Shown: positions 20,063 through 29,188 of the stretch, piece after piece
Layout of the letters: each line of letters starts with the position of its first letter
Position numbering within the stretch: the stretch's first letter is position 1
Assembly: GCA_024231215.1 (NCBI GenBank)
Contig: JAAEQR010000142.1
Location: 292,593-356,592 of the forward strand
DNA: 64,000 nt
Direction: 5' to 3'
DNA from: PVC group bacterium
GTDB taxonomy: Bacteria; Omnitrophota; Gorgyraeia; B26-G9
Notes under the pieces: model-generated
Seen by the model: only the letters and a program-made list of their open reading frames with translations
What the model was told of the DNA's origin: nothing
The model's database searches: none
Translations under genes and position numbers: made by a program

Positions 20063-20400
20063 CGTCCACCTCAAAAAAAGAGCCTGTTCTTGAAAGTTTT
20101 AGAACAGGCGTTTTCTTGAGTGCGGAACGGTTAGTACATAGTTTTATTTTCGACAGCTACGAGTTCCATACTATCCGCTATCACGCTACTTACTACTACT
20201 TATCACCTTCGGCAACCCAGCTGCCTTACTAGTCAATGGTCAATGGTCAATGGTCAATAGTTTAAACTTACTATCAGCCATTAGCTATCAACTATCAGCT
20301 AATGTAGGCCTGTGGCTTTGCTTCTCCGCCGCACTTGGCGGAGAAAGGCATTCACCTGTCCCATTCTTTCAAATGGTTTGCTATTATCGTGGTACACATT
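20063..20400 (-). promoter_or_regulatory. conserved 5' leader (copy A) with a GNRA hairpin, a covarying GC stem, heptad repeat arrays and a terminator-like hairpin + U-tract just 5' of the RBS
   Basis: Blocks shared with the leaders at 21382-21732 and 24999-25365: cacgataatagcaaaccatt[ct]gaaagaatggg, ggcctgtggctttgct, ttcggcaacccagctgcc. Hairpin gcctgttct/agaacaggc at 20082-20109 followed by U8. Confidence 0.6.
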
Positions 20401-20607
20401 TCAAAGTACAATTTTCACTTCTTATGTATTAAAAGCAATTACTATTCCAACAGTATCATTTATTGCGCATTTTATTAAATTCATAACCTCTTTATTTTCA
20501 AAACCTTGCAGCTTTGCAGTCATTTTATTTTTCATTAGCATCTTGCTGCCTCATTAAAACCTTAGAAAAATTTTTCTAAATCAGGAAATCAATTTCCGTT
20601 TTTCACG

Positions 20608-20647
20608 TTGGTAAGCGGTTAACGGGGCGCTGTTAACCGCTTACCAA
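20608..20647 (-). other. perfect 16-bp inverted repeat (stem-loop) 11 nt downstream of the gene-2 stop
   Basis: ttggtaagcggttaac-ggggcgct-gttaaccgcttaccaa. No U-tract, so it is not a canonical intrinsic terminator. Confidence 0.4.
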
Positions 20648-20658
20648 TATCCGTTGCG

Positions 20659-21381
20659 TTATATGGCTAAATCGCTGGCTTCTACACTTATATTCACTAC
20701 TTCTTCATTATCAAAATCTGCAGGAGGTGCATATGTTAAGGTATAATCCGCTGATGTTCCGGTTATCGTTGGTGTTACAGTCGTTCCATTAACTTTCATA
20801 ATAATCGTGTTAATATCTACTCCAGCACCATCATCAAGTACATGCACAACAATATCTGTATCCCTGGCCACTCCCGTAGCATTTTTAGCCGGGCTATGTC
20901 CGGTTGTATACGGTGGAGTTGTATCAGGAACCGCTGAGGTAGTTACATTAGGAATGTTAGATATAGATGAAATGTTTGATTCTTCATCAGAAGTTTTAAT
21001 CGCAAAATAGTATGCTGTCTCTGCCAATAACCCATTGACCGTCATACTTTCGTTGGACCCAGCAATACTAGGAGTAGGCTCTCCGCTCACTTGCGTTGCA
21101 CTAGCCCAATTACCTTCATTGATCACAGAGGTAGAATATCTCAAATCATAACTTGTAGCTGTTCCTGTACTCCCGTCATCACCCGGAGCTGTCCAGGAAA
21201 GAGTTGCAGAATTATGAGTTGAATCTGAAATTGCTAAATCCGAGACTGCCAAAGGAGCAATCAAATCATCTACGATCGTAAATGAATATACATCTGCAGT
21301 CATCTGATTGGCACTATACACATTCCCGGCGATACATAGAACCATTAAACTTGTGATTATAAAACTACTTATCTGCCTCAT
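20659..21381 (-). CDS. secreted surface protein 2 (signal peptide, ANQMTAD module, FN3-like domain, Big-like C-terminal domain)
   Basis: N-terminus matches gene 1 (ANQMTADVYSFT). The C-terminal ~90 aa match the C-terminus of gene 3 (TTPPYTTGH...VEASDLA) at both protein and DNA level. Confidence 0.6.
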   Translation of the reverse strand: MRQISSFIITSLMVLCIAGNVYSANQMTADVYSFTIVDDLIAPLAVSDLAISDSTHNSATLSWTAPGDDGSTGTATSYDLRYSTSVINEGNWASATQVSGEPTPSIAGSNESMTVNGLLAETAYYFAIKTSDEESNISSISNIPNVTTSAVPDTTPPYTTGHSPAKNATGVARDTDIVVHVLDDGAGVDINTIIMKVNGTTVTPTITGTSADYTLTYAPPADFDNEEVVNISVEASDLAI

Positions 21382-21732
21382 AATCTTACCTCATCCTCCT
21401 TCTCCGAAAAAAAATCCTGTCCTCGAATTTATATAGAGAACAGGCGTTTTCATCGGTCAGCGCTCACCCGCCCAGTCTTCTGACGAATTTAACGTATCAG
21501 TCATCCTGTACGCTAAACGCTGTTTTTTTTACCTTCGGCAACCCAGCTGCCCTGTCCGCCATTGCGAACTTGGGGCCTGTGGCTTTGCTCCCCGCCTTAA
21601 TCTCAGCAGGAAGGGCCTCTTGACAGCCAATCCATCAAATTCATTTGTCATTTGTAACTCGACATTTGTAATTCAGGCTTTGCCTGTCGCCCGTCCCATT
21701 CTTTCGAATGGTTTGCTATTATCGTGTATAAC
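21382..21732 (-). promoter_or_regulatory. conserved 5' leader (copy C) with a terminator-like hairpin + U-tract 5' of the RBS
   Basis: Shared blocks at 21531-21551, 21574-21596 and 21688-21726. Hairpin cctgtcctc/gagaacagg at 21415-21445 with U8. Confidence 0.55.
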
Positions 21733-21752
21733 CCCTTTTAAAAGGGGTATTT

Positions 21753-24700
21753 TTAAGGAGCGAGGTCACTCGCTTCTACACTTACGCTTACCACCTCCCC
21801 ATTAGCAAATTGTGAACCCGGCGCATAAGTTAAAGTGTAATCAGCCGGAGTTCCGGTTATCGTTGGTGTTACAGTCGTTCCGTTAACTTTCATTACAATT
21901 GTATTAATATCAACTCCATCACCATCATCTTTTACATGAACTACAATATCTGTATCCCTGGCTATAGCAATAGCATTTTTAATCGGATCATGTCCGGTAG
22001 TGTATGGCGGAATTGTATCCGGCAAGATTATAGTTTCTTTGGCCTCGGCATTAGCACTATTGGAAAGACCGGAAGTATTCGGAACCTCATCCTGTGTTTT
22101 CATCGCAAAGTAGTATGTTGTACCCGGAGTAAGGCTGCTTACAGTCATTGATTCAGATGTACCGGCAACACTAGGTGTAGGCTCTCCGCTAACATCACTT
22201 GCCGCATTAAATAAAGTATCATTAGTTATGTCTGACGTTGAATACTTAATTATATATACAGAAGCCGTTCCGCTTGTCCCGTCATCTCCGGGAGCTGTCC
22301 AAGTCAAATCAATTTCTCCGTCAGCTGAACCAGTCACCGCACTTAAGTTACTCACTGCTGCTGGTGCAGTAGAATCACCCCCAGCTGCTACCTTTTCATA
22401 AGCACCAATATCATATATCCCGTTTTGCGGCCGCGAAACTTCCAAAAGATCATCATCTACATATGCGCTTAAATTTGCACCCTGATTCACTGCCGGACCT
22501 CCAGCCTTTAATTGATAATTATCCGCACCCGGATTTTCAAAAACTTCAGAAGAGGTCGCGACAACAGAGTTATCGTCCTGATTATAATTGTTCTGCCAAC
22601 TAGTTAAACTTACTAAACTTCCGGTAGGATCCTCTATATTTGTAACAATATTGTAATCACTGTCTAAACCCGACATACTTTCAGGATCTACGGCAAGACT
22701 ATCCTGCCCTCCTTCATGTATCAATATATTGTTCTTGACTTCATTACCCGTACTTCCGTTACGCAATGAAAAAGCATGCGCTCCGCCGGAAGGAACAATT
22801 ACCGTATTGTTAAAATATTTATTATCCTTACTGCCGTAAGCATCTCCTACTCCATCATCCCAACTTGCGATACCATGCTGTTGATTACCATAAACCAAAT
22901 TATTTATAATCACTGAATTGCGAATAGACGCAAAATTTAATCCGCTTGTTCCGTTGTTATAAACAATATTACTATCTACTATCGCGTTTGTAATAATCCC
23001 GTCACCTTCTTCAGCCGGGTCTGCGTTTATTTGGATTCCACCCCGGTAATTATCATAACTCGTATTACCTCTGACTATCGGATTGTCACCGCTATTCGCT
23101 ACATAAATTCCATGTGTATTTCCTGATCCCCACACTTCGTTATTTTCAATCAAGGCATCAACTGCGAACGAAGTAGAAATTCCTACAGATCCCATATTTG
23201 ATATTCGACAGTTTTTTATCTCTATTCCCAGGATATCATCTCCCGAATCCTTAGATATTCTTACCCCACGATCACTGCTTCCAGACTCTCCAATCATCCG
23301 AAATCCATCTATAGTTACATAATTTCCAGTGACATGAATTACTGCAGACCTTGCTTCGTATGCAACATTGCTGTTTAATATAACATTGCTGTTTGCAGCT
23401 CGAAAAGTTATCCTGTCTGTAGCCGTTCCCGCAGTACTAATCACAAATCCATCGTAAGTACCTGTCTGTACAATTACAGTATCTCCGCCAACTACAGTAT
23501 CTGCTGCATGCTGAATGGTTTCCCAGGGATTCCCCAGAGATCCATCATCACCGTTATCTCCACTCTCAGCCACATAATAAGTATCTCCATCATACGGATT
23601 TTCATTACCTAAATAATTCCATATATAATCGGTAAATGTCTCACTATCCGCACAGAATCCTCTCTCATGATCAGTTGTGGCTGGAGAATCTCCATAATAG
23701 GCATATGACTCTCTCATTTCATTATACATACGATCTTGATACGGCCAAGACCATAAATCATCAGCCGTCAAGACCCCATCTACATACCTTTTGATAACAT
23801 TTGCCCCTCGATCAACATCCCCTTGACCTGTCCCATCACAAGCAGAGCTATCTTCAATTCTAAGGGGATACAATATTCCCGAATCTCCAGTTAAAGCATT
23901 AGTTCCATAAGTTGCCCCGGAATTATCAAAATAGCAATAACTATCCGCTTTATCTGCCCTACTACAATTTTTAAATAAACAATTAGTAACATTTATACCT
24001 GAGCTCGAAGTAGTGTCTATTACGTCTCCAGATGATCCAATAAAAGTACATCTATCAATACTGAATGACGGATTAACTCTACAATTAACAAAAACACTTT
24101 CAGATGTTCCCACTCCCACACAATCAAGTAATCCATAAGTCATATCAGAATCTAAATTAAACGGTCTAAAATTTCCCGTATTAATTGCAATACAACCATA
24201 AATTTTATTATTACTTGAACCGCTTCTGTGCCTAAATGCAGCCCCTGCAGACCCGCTATCCGCAAAATCAATCGCAATACAATTCTCAAAAATTGAATTC
24301 TCTGCGCCATAAAAAGTAAATCCATTCTCGCCTTGGGAATCATCCTGAACTCCATCAAAACGCACCACAACACGCCTTATAGTTATGTTTGCTGTATGTG
24401 GACCGTCAGGATATTTACCATATAAACTAACTCCCGACCGACAAACCCCCCAAAACCAACAATCCTCAACTAAGCAATACTCAGCATAGTTCCCTACTTC
24501 TAATAAAGCATCCGTAGCACCTCCTGCATTTCTCCCACTACAACGCTGTATTATAATATTATTCACTCTGTTCGCATCATCAGCCCCTGAAATAACAATA
24601 ACCCCATCATTCGATTCTCTGCCATAAATCCCTTGAACAGTAATATACGAATGAGAACCAGTTATATTTATAGGAATCCGTGAACCTCCGCCATCTATAA

Positions 24701-24998
24701 TTACGCCTCCATCTGTCTCCGCTAAAATATATGTAGGCGCCCCATCTGAACCGCTTACAGGATCAACAATATTACTACCGCTGTAATCATATATGCCATT
24801 TTTATAAATCAAAGTATCTCCACCGCTCATTACCGAATTTGCATGGCTAAAAGTTCTCCAGGCATTATTATAACTGCCGTCGCCACTACCATCATTCCCA
24901 CTCGGAGAAAGATAATACGTAGCAGCAAAAAGTGAATCCGCCTGAACAATAGCTACGATACTACAGATTATTAGAATAAATATTATTTTTATTTTCAT
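21753..24998 (-). CDS. secreted surface protein 3 (signal peptide; parallel beta-helix domains X and Y; FN3; Big-like C-terminal domain)
   Basis: Right-handed beta-helix (pectate-lyase/NosD-like) repeat patterns (NNIVYNNGTSGLNF, NNLVYGNQQHGIA, GNTSYDNYRGGIQIN), FN3-like LTWTAPGDDG...YYFAMKT, and a Big-like terminal domain. The same domains occur in swapped order in gene 4. Confidence 0.75.
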   Translation of the reverse strand: MKIKIIFILIICSIVAIVQADSLFAATYYLSPSGNDGSGDGSYNNAWRTFSHANSVMSGGDTLIYKNGIYDYSGSNIVDPVSGSDGAPTYILAETDGGVIIDGGGSRIPINITGSHSYITVQGIYGRESNDGVIVISGADDANRVNNIIIQRCSGRNAGGATDALLEVGNYAEYCLVEDCWFWGVCRSGVSLYGKYPDGPHTANITIRRVVVRFDGVQDDSQGENGFTFYGAENSIFENCIAIDFADSGSAGAAFRHRSGSSNNKIYGCIAINTGNFRPFNLDSDMTYGLLDCVGVGTSESVFVNCRVNPSFSIDRCTFIGSSGDVIDTTSSSGINVTNCLFKNCSRADKADSYCYFDNSGATYGTNALTGDSGILYPLRIEDSSACDGTGQGDVDRGANVIKRYVDGVLTADDLWSWPYQDRMYNEMRESYAYYGDSPATTDHERGFCADSETFTDYIWNYLGNENPYDGDTYYVAESGDNGDDGSLGNPWETIQHAADTVVGGDTVIVQTGTYDGFVISTAGTATDRITFRAANSNVILNSNVAYEARSAVIHVTGNYVTIDGFRMIGESGSSDRGVRISKDSGDDILGIEIKNCRISNMGSVGISTSFAVDALIENNEVWGSGNTHGIYVANSGDNPIVRGNTSYDNYRGGIQINADPAEEGDGIITNAIVDSNIVYNNGTSGLNFASIRNSVIINNLVYGNQQHGIASWDDGVGDAYGSKDNKYFNNTVIVPSGGAHAFSLRNGSTGNEVKNNILIHEGGQDSLAVDPESMSGLDSDYNIVTNIEDPTGSLVSLTSWQNNYNQDDNSVVATSSEVFENPGADNYQLKAGGPAVNQGANLSAYVDDDLLEVSRPQNGIYDIGAYEKVAAGGDSTAPAAVSNLSAVTGSADGEIDLTWTAPGDDGTSGTASVYIIKYSTSDITNDTLFNAASDVSGEPTPSVAGTSESMTVSSLTPGTTYYFAMKTQDEVPNTSGLSNSANAEAKETIILPDTIPPYTTGHDPIKNAIAIARDTDIVVHVKDDGDGVDINTIVMKVNGTTVTPTITGTPADYTLTYAPGSQFANGEVVSVSVEASDLAP

Positions 24999-25365
24999 AT
25001 TTCCCCCTTAAAAAAAATACCTGTCTTCAGAAGTTAGAGAACAGGCGTAGTTCTAGTATATATAGAGTAATAGATATTATTCTCCTATACACTATTTTCC
25101 ATTCGGCAACCCAGCTGCCTTATCAGTCAATGGTCAATAGTCAATGGTTAATAGTTTTAATTCATATCAGCCATTAGCTACCAACTATCAGCTAATGTAG
25201 GCCTGTGGCTTTGCTCCTCCCGCCGTATTTTGGCGGGGAGAGGGCGTCCGCCCGTCCCATTTTTTCAACCCCGAATGAAGCAACCCTTCCAGGATACTCT
25301 TCGGGGTGCCGATGCGTTTCTCCCTAAGAGAACTACATTCGGCAATGGTTTGCTATTATCGTGGT
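24999..25365 (-). promoter_or_regulatory. conserved 5' leader (copy B) with an ~75-nt insertion inside the GNRA-hairpin stem and a terminator-like hairpin + U-tract 5' of the RBS
   Basis: Shared blocks at 25102-25120, 25127-25216 and 25243-25363. Covarying stem ctcccgcc/ggcgggag. Hairpin plus A8 (U8 on the minus strand) at 25010-25048. Confidence 0.6.
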
Positions 25366-25574
25366 TCTAATTTCTTTCAAAAAACAATGCTTCTTTTTCT
25401 ATACCGTATAACAAGAAGCAATTTTTATACCACTAATACAACAAATTTATTATAATGCTCTCACGCCTTTAACTCTATATTTGCAAACAAATTAAGAATA
25501 AAAAATATACTAAAATTACTTTTCAGCAAAATGTAAAAAAACAAATTTCCAGAAAATATTTTCCATTGAAGAAA

Positions 25575-28500
25575 TTATTTTCCATTTAGCATACTTCTGG
25601 CTACGCTAATTAAAGGATGCAAAACACTTCTTACAACTGCTTTGATTTCTTCTTTTTCCTTTATATACTCAGCTACATCAGGACTACACTTATAATATAC
25701 CCCGACAAAAAGTTTTCCGCAAGTATTACTCAGTAAATACTTATCTCTGAATCGACATAAAGTAACAACTTCATCAGCCAACGAAGTTCCAAAAGCTGCC
25801 GTAGCTATAAAACAAAGCCCGCCATCATCGCTGCTGCTGCCACCACCACCTGCCGCAGCAACATCGCCTTCGCCATCACCACCCCCATCACTACTTTCTG
25901 GGGTAATCGCACTGGCTGGATTTGAATATCCAGAACAAGCATGGTCATTATACGAACGTATTCGATAATTATATTTTGTTCCCAAACTGCGCCCTGTATC
26001 TATGTAGATATTAGTGTCAGGATCAGTAATATCAATTTCTGTATTACCTGCAATAAATTCAACACTTCTCTCTATTTTAAAACCATCGATACCAACCGAA
26101 TTATCTTCCCACGCAAGAGCAATACAATTATCGTTTATTAATTGAGCTGTAAGATTAGATGGTGTGGCTAACGTATATCCTGTTGTAGCATAAGCTTCAT
26201 TAGAATACGCTGTTTTCTCTGTAGAGTCATAGACTGCTCTGACTTGATAATAGTATGTAGTATTTCCAGCTAAGCTTCTATCGTCATAAGCTATTACATT
26301 TTGCCCCACAGTAGCTATCCGAACATATGTTCCTCCCACACCTTTTTTTCTTTCTATTTCAAATCCATCTTCCCCTTGAGCATTGTCCTTCCAATCTAAT
26401 CTTATCTCACTTAATGATACAGATCGAGCCGTTAGTTCTGAAGGGGGATATACCGGAGGAGGAGGATTGCTTAAGTACCCCCATACATAGGAAGTCAGAG
26501 TTTGCGTATCCGCACAAAATCCTCTTTGTGCATCTACAGTTGGAGGAGTACTCCCTGCTGGCGGTGTTATAGACTCCCTCATTTCCAACTTTATTCTATT
26601 TTCATTCGGCCAGGGCCATAAACTAGTTTGAGTCAATGTCCCGTTAACATATCGATTTAACACATTTGCTCCTCGATCAACACCACCTTGACCTGTCCCA
26701 TCACAAGCAGAGCCATCCTCAATTTTAATGGAGTAAAGCAACCCTGAATCACCACTTGAAGCATTAGTTCCATAATCCGAGCCAGAATTATCATAATGAC
26801 AATAACTATCCGCTTCATCTCCACTACCACAATTTTTAAACAGACAATTAGTAACATTTACACCTGAACTTGAAGTAGTATCTAAAACATCACCCGATGA
26901 TCCGATAAAAGTACACCTATCAATATTAAATTCTGGATTAATTCTACAATTAACAAAAACACTTTTAGTTGTTCCCACGCCCACACAATCAAGTAATCCA
27001 TAAGTCATATCAGAATCTAAATTAAACGGTCTAAAATTCCCCGTATTAATTGCAATACAACCATAATATTTATTATCACTTGACCCGTCTCTATGTCTAA
27101 AGCCAGCTCCAGCATTAGCCCCATTTGCAAAATCAATAGCAATACAGTTTTCCAAAATAGAATCATCGGCTCCGTAAAATGAGAATCCATTCTCTCCCTG
27201 AGAACCATCTTGAACCGCATCAAACCTGACTACTACTCTGCGCACTATAATATTATTTGTATGAGGACCTGCGGGATACTTACCATATAAGAGCACACCT
27301 GTTCGGCAAACTCCCCAAAACCAACAATCTTCTATTAAACAATACTGTGCATAATTACCAATACTACAAATAGCATCTGTAGCACCCCCGGCATTTTTAG
27401 CTCCAACACGTCTTATTTCTATATATTCGGCTCTATGATTATCGTCTACTCCGCTTACATCAATGACCTCATCGCTGGAATTATAACAATAAAATCCTTC
27501 AATCCTAATATATCTGGGAATATATGAACCTTCTCCAGTAATATCAATCGGAATACGGCTACCGATACCATTAATTTTCGCTTGCCCGTCATGTTCAGCT
27601 TTAATTGTAGTATATGCAACAGCACTTCCACTTACAGGATCAACAATATTACTCCCGGGATAATCATAAATACCATCTTTATAAATAAGAGTATCCCCAC
27701 CACTCATCTGAGAGCTAGCTTGGGTAAATGTCCTCCAGGGATTATTATAGCTGCCGTCACCGCTGGAATCACTTCCAATCGGTGAAATATAATAAGCTCC
27801 GCTTAATGTGTTTTCATATGTACCTATATCATACACAAAAGCCTGCGGCCGAACAACTCCCAATAAGTCAAAATTAACATCACCGCTTAAATTTGCTCCC
27901 TGATCTATCGCCGGACTCCCAGCTTTTAATTTATAATTATCTGACCCAGGATTTTCAAACACGGAAGAAGCCGTTGCAACAATAGAATTATTATCCTGAT
28001 TATAATTATTCTGCCAACTAGTTAAACTTACTAAACTTCCTGTTGGATCTTCAATATTAGTAACTATATTATAATCGCTGTCTAAACCAGCCATACTTTC
28101 TGTATCTACGGCAATACTGTCCTGGCCGCCTTCATGTATCAATATATTGTTCTTTACGACATTACCCGTACTTCCGTTACGCAATGAAAAAGCATGCGCT
28201 CCCCCGGAAGGAGCCACCACTGTATTATTTAAATATTTATTGTCTTTGCTCCCATAACTATCTCCTGCTTCATCATCCCAACTTGCAATACCATGCTGTT
28301 GATTATCATAAACCAGATTGTTCCTGATCAATGAGTTACGGATAGACGCAAAATTTAATCCACTTGTCCCGTTGTTATAAACGATATTATTTTCTACCAA
28401 AGCATTGGTAATTATCCCATCACCTGCCTCCAGCGGATCTGCGTTTATCTGGATTCCGCCTCTATCATTATTATAGCTCGCATTACCTCTGACTATCGGA

Positions 28501-29087
28501 TTGTCACCGCTATTAGCTACATAGACTCCATGCGTATTTCCTGAACCCCACACCTCGTTATTTTCAATCAAAATATCAACTGCAAACGAAGTAGATATCC
28601 CCACAGATCCCATATTTGATACTCGACAGTTTTTTATCTCTATTCCCAGGATATCATCTCCTGAATCCTTAGATATCCTTATCCCGCGATCATTGCTTCC
28701 AGATTCTCCAATCATCCGAAATCCATCAATAGTTACATAATTTCCAGTGACATGAATTACGGCAGATCTTGCTTCGTAGGCAACATTAGTATTTAAGACA
28801 ACACTGCTGTTTGCAGCTCGGAAGGTTATTCTGTCTGTAGCAGTACCTGCGGTGCTGATCACAAATCCATCGTAAGTACCCGTCTGTACAATTACAGTAT
28901 CTCCGCCAACTACAGTATCTGCTGCATGTTGGATGGTTTCCCAGGGATTACCCAGAGATCCGTCATCGCTGTCAGATCCGCCCTCTGAAACATAATAGTC
29001 CGCAGCAAAGGAAAATGGAGTAAAGAGGACAGAAAGCGCAAGAATACACAGATTGGCTAGTAAAAAGATTTTTAAATTTTTACTCAT
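25575..29087 (-). CDS. secreted surface protein 4 (signal peptide; beta-helix domain Y then X; two FN3 domains; G/S/D linker; 'CFIATAAFG' C-terminal domain)
   Basis: Domain Y (aa ~30-440) is nearly identical to gene 3 aa ~470-900; domain X likewise. Two FN3-like units (WKDNAQGEDGFEIERK; WEDNSVGIDGFKIERS). C-terminal [14 protein letters not shown]... tail shared with gene 1. Confidence 0.75.
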   Translation of the reverse strand: MSKNLKIFLLANLCILALSVLFTPFSFAADYYVSEGGSDSDDGSLGNPWETIQHAADTVVGGDTVIVQTGTYDGFVISTAGTATDRITFRAANSSVVLNTNVAYEARSAVIHVTGNYVTIDGFRMIGESGSNDRGIRISKDSGDDILGIEIKNCRVSNMGSVGISTSFAVDILIENNEVWGSGNTHGVYVANSGDNPIVRGNASYNNDRGGIQINADPLEAGDGIITNALVENNIVYNNGTSGLNFASIRNSLIRNNLVYDNQQHGIASWDDEAGDSYGSKDNKYLNNTVVAPSGGAHAFSLRNGSTGNVVKNNILIHEGGQDSIAVDTESMAGLDSDYNIVTNIEDPTGSLVSLTSWQNNYNQDNNSIVATASSVFENPGSDNYKLKAGSPAIDQGANLSGDVNFDLLGVVRPQAFVYDIGTYENTLSGAYYISPIGSDSSGDGSYNNPWRTFTQASSQMSGGDTLIYKDGIYDYPGSNIVDPVSGSAVAYTTIKAEHDGQAKINGIGSRIPIDITGEGSYIPRYIRIEGFYCYNSSDEVIDVSGVDDNHRAEYIEIRRVGAKNAGGATDAICSIGNYAQYCLIEDCWFWGVCRTGVLLYGKYPAGPHTNNIIVRRVVVRFDAVQDGSQGENGFSFYGADDSILENCIAIDFANGANAGAGFRHRDGSSDNKYYGCIAINTGNFRPFNLDSDMTYGLLDCVGVGTTKSVFVNCRINPEFNIDRCTFIGSSGDVLDTTSSSGVNVTNCLFKNCGSGDEADSYCHYDNSGSDYGTNASSGDSGLLYSIKIEDGSACDGTGQGGVDRGANVLNRYVNGTLTQTSLWPWPNENRIKLEMRESITPPAGSTPPTVDAQRGFCADTQTLTSYVWGYLSNPPPPVYPPSELTARSVSLSEIRLDWKDNAQGEDGFEIERKKGVGGTYVRIATVGQNVIAYDDRSLAGNTTYYYQVRAVYDSTEKTAYSNEAYATTGYTLATPSNLTAQLINDNCIALAWEDNSVGIDGFKIERSVEFIAGNTEIDITDPDTNIYIDTGRSLGTKYNYRIRSYNDHACSGYSNPASAITPESSDGGGDGEGDVAAAGGGGSSSDDGGLCFIATAAFGTSLADEVVTLCRFRDKYLLSNTCGKLFVGVYYKCSPDVAEYIKEKEEIKAVVRSVLHPLISVARSMLNGK

Positions 29088-29188
29088 AACAACTATCTTC
29101 TATATAAAAACACCATTTAAATAAAATAATGATGGCAATTTTCCCATTATTTTATCAGATCAATAAAAACACAAATTTTGATTCCGCA

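Noticed and set aside
20233-25197. Heptad arrays (TCAATGG)n as CRISPR or as a protein-coding low-complexity segment
   Set aside because: 7-bp tandem units without spacers are not CRISPR. In the leaders they lie outside any long ORF, upstream of the start codons, and are embedded in the conserved non-coding block.
20063-25365. Sigma-54 (-24/-12) promoter at the start of the conserved leaders, given the adjacent NtrC-type regulator
   Set aside because: No GG-N10-GC element with a TGGCAC/TTGCA-like context was found at the 5' edge of the conserved block. A sigma-70-like GATAAT box is the better candidate for the -10, though the -35 is not conserved among the copies.
25575-25860. Intein / Hint-domain interpretation of the Cys-initiated 'CFIATAAFG' C-terminal domain
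   Set aside because: It lacks the intein block A/B residues (no conserved Thr-x-x-His or terminal His-Asn), is only about 80 aa, and sits at the extreme C-terminus after a linker. A sorting or anchoring domain is more plausible, but its function is unassigned.
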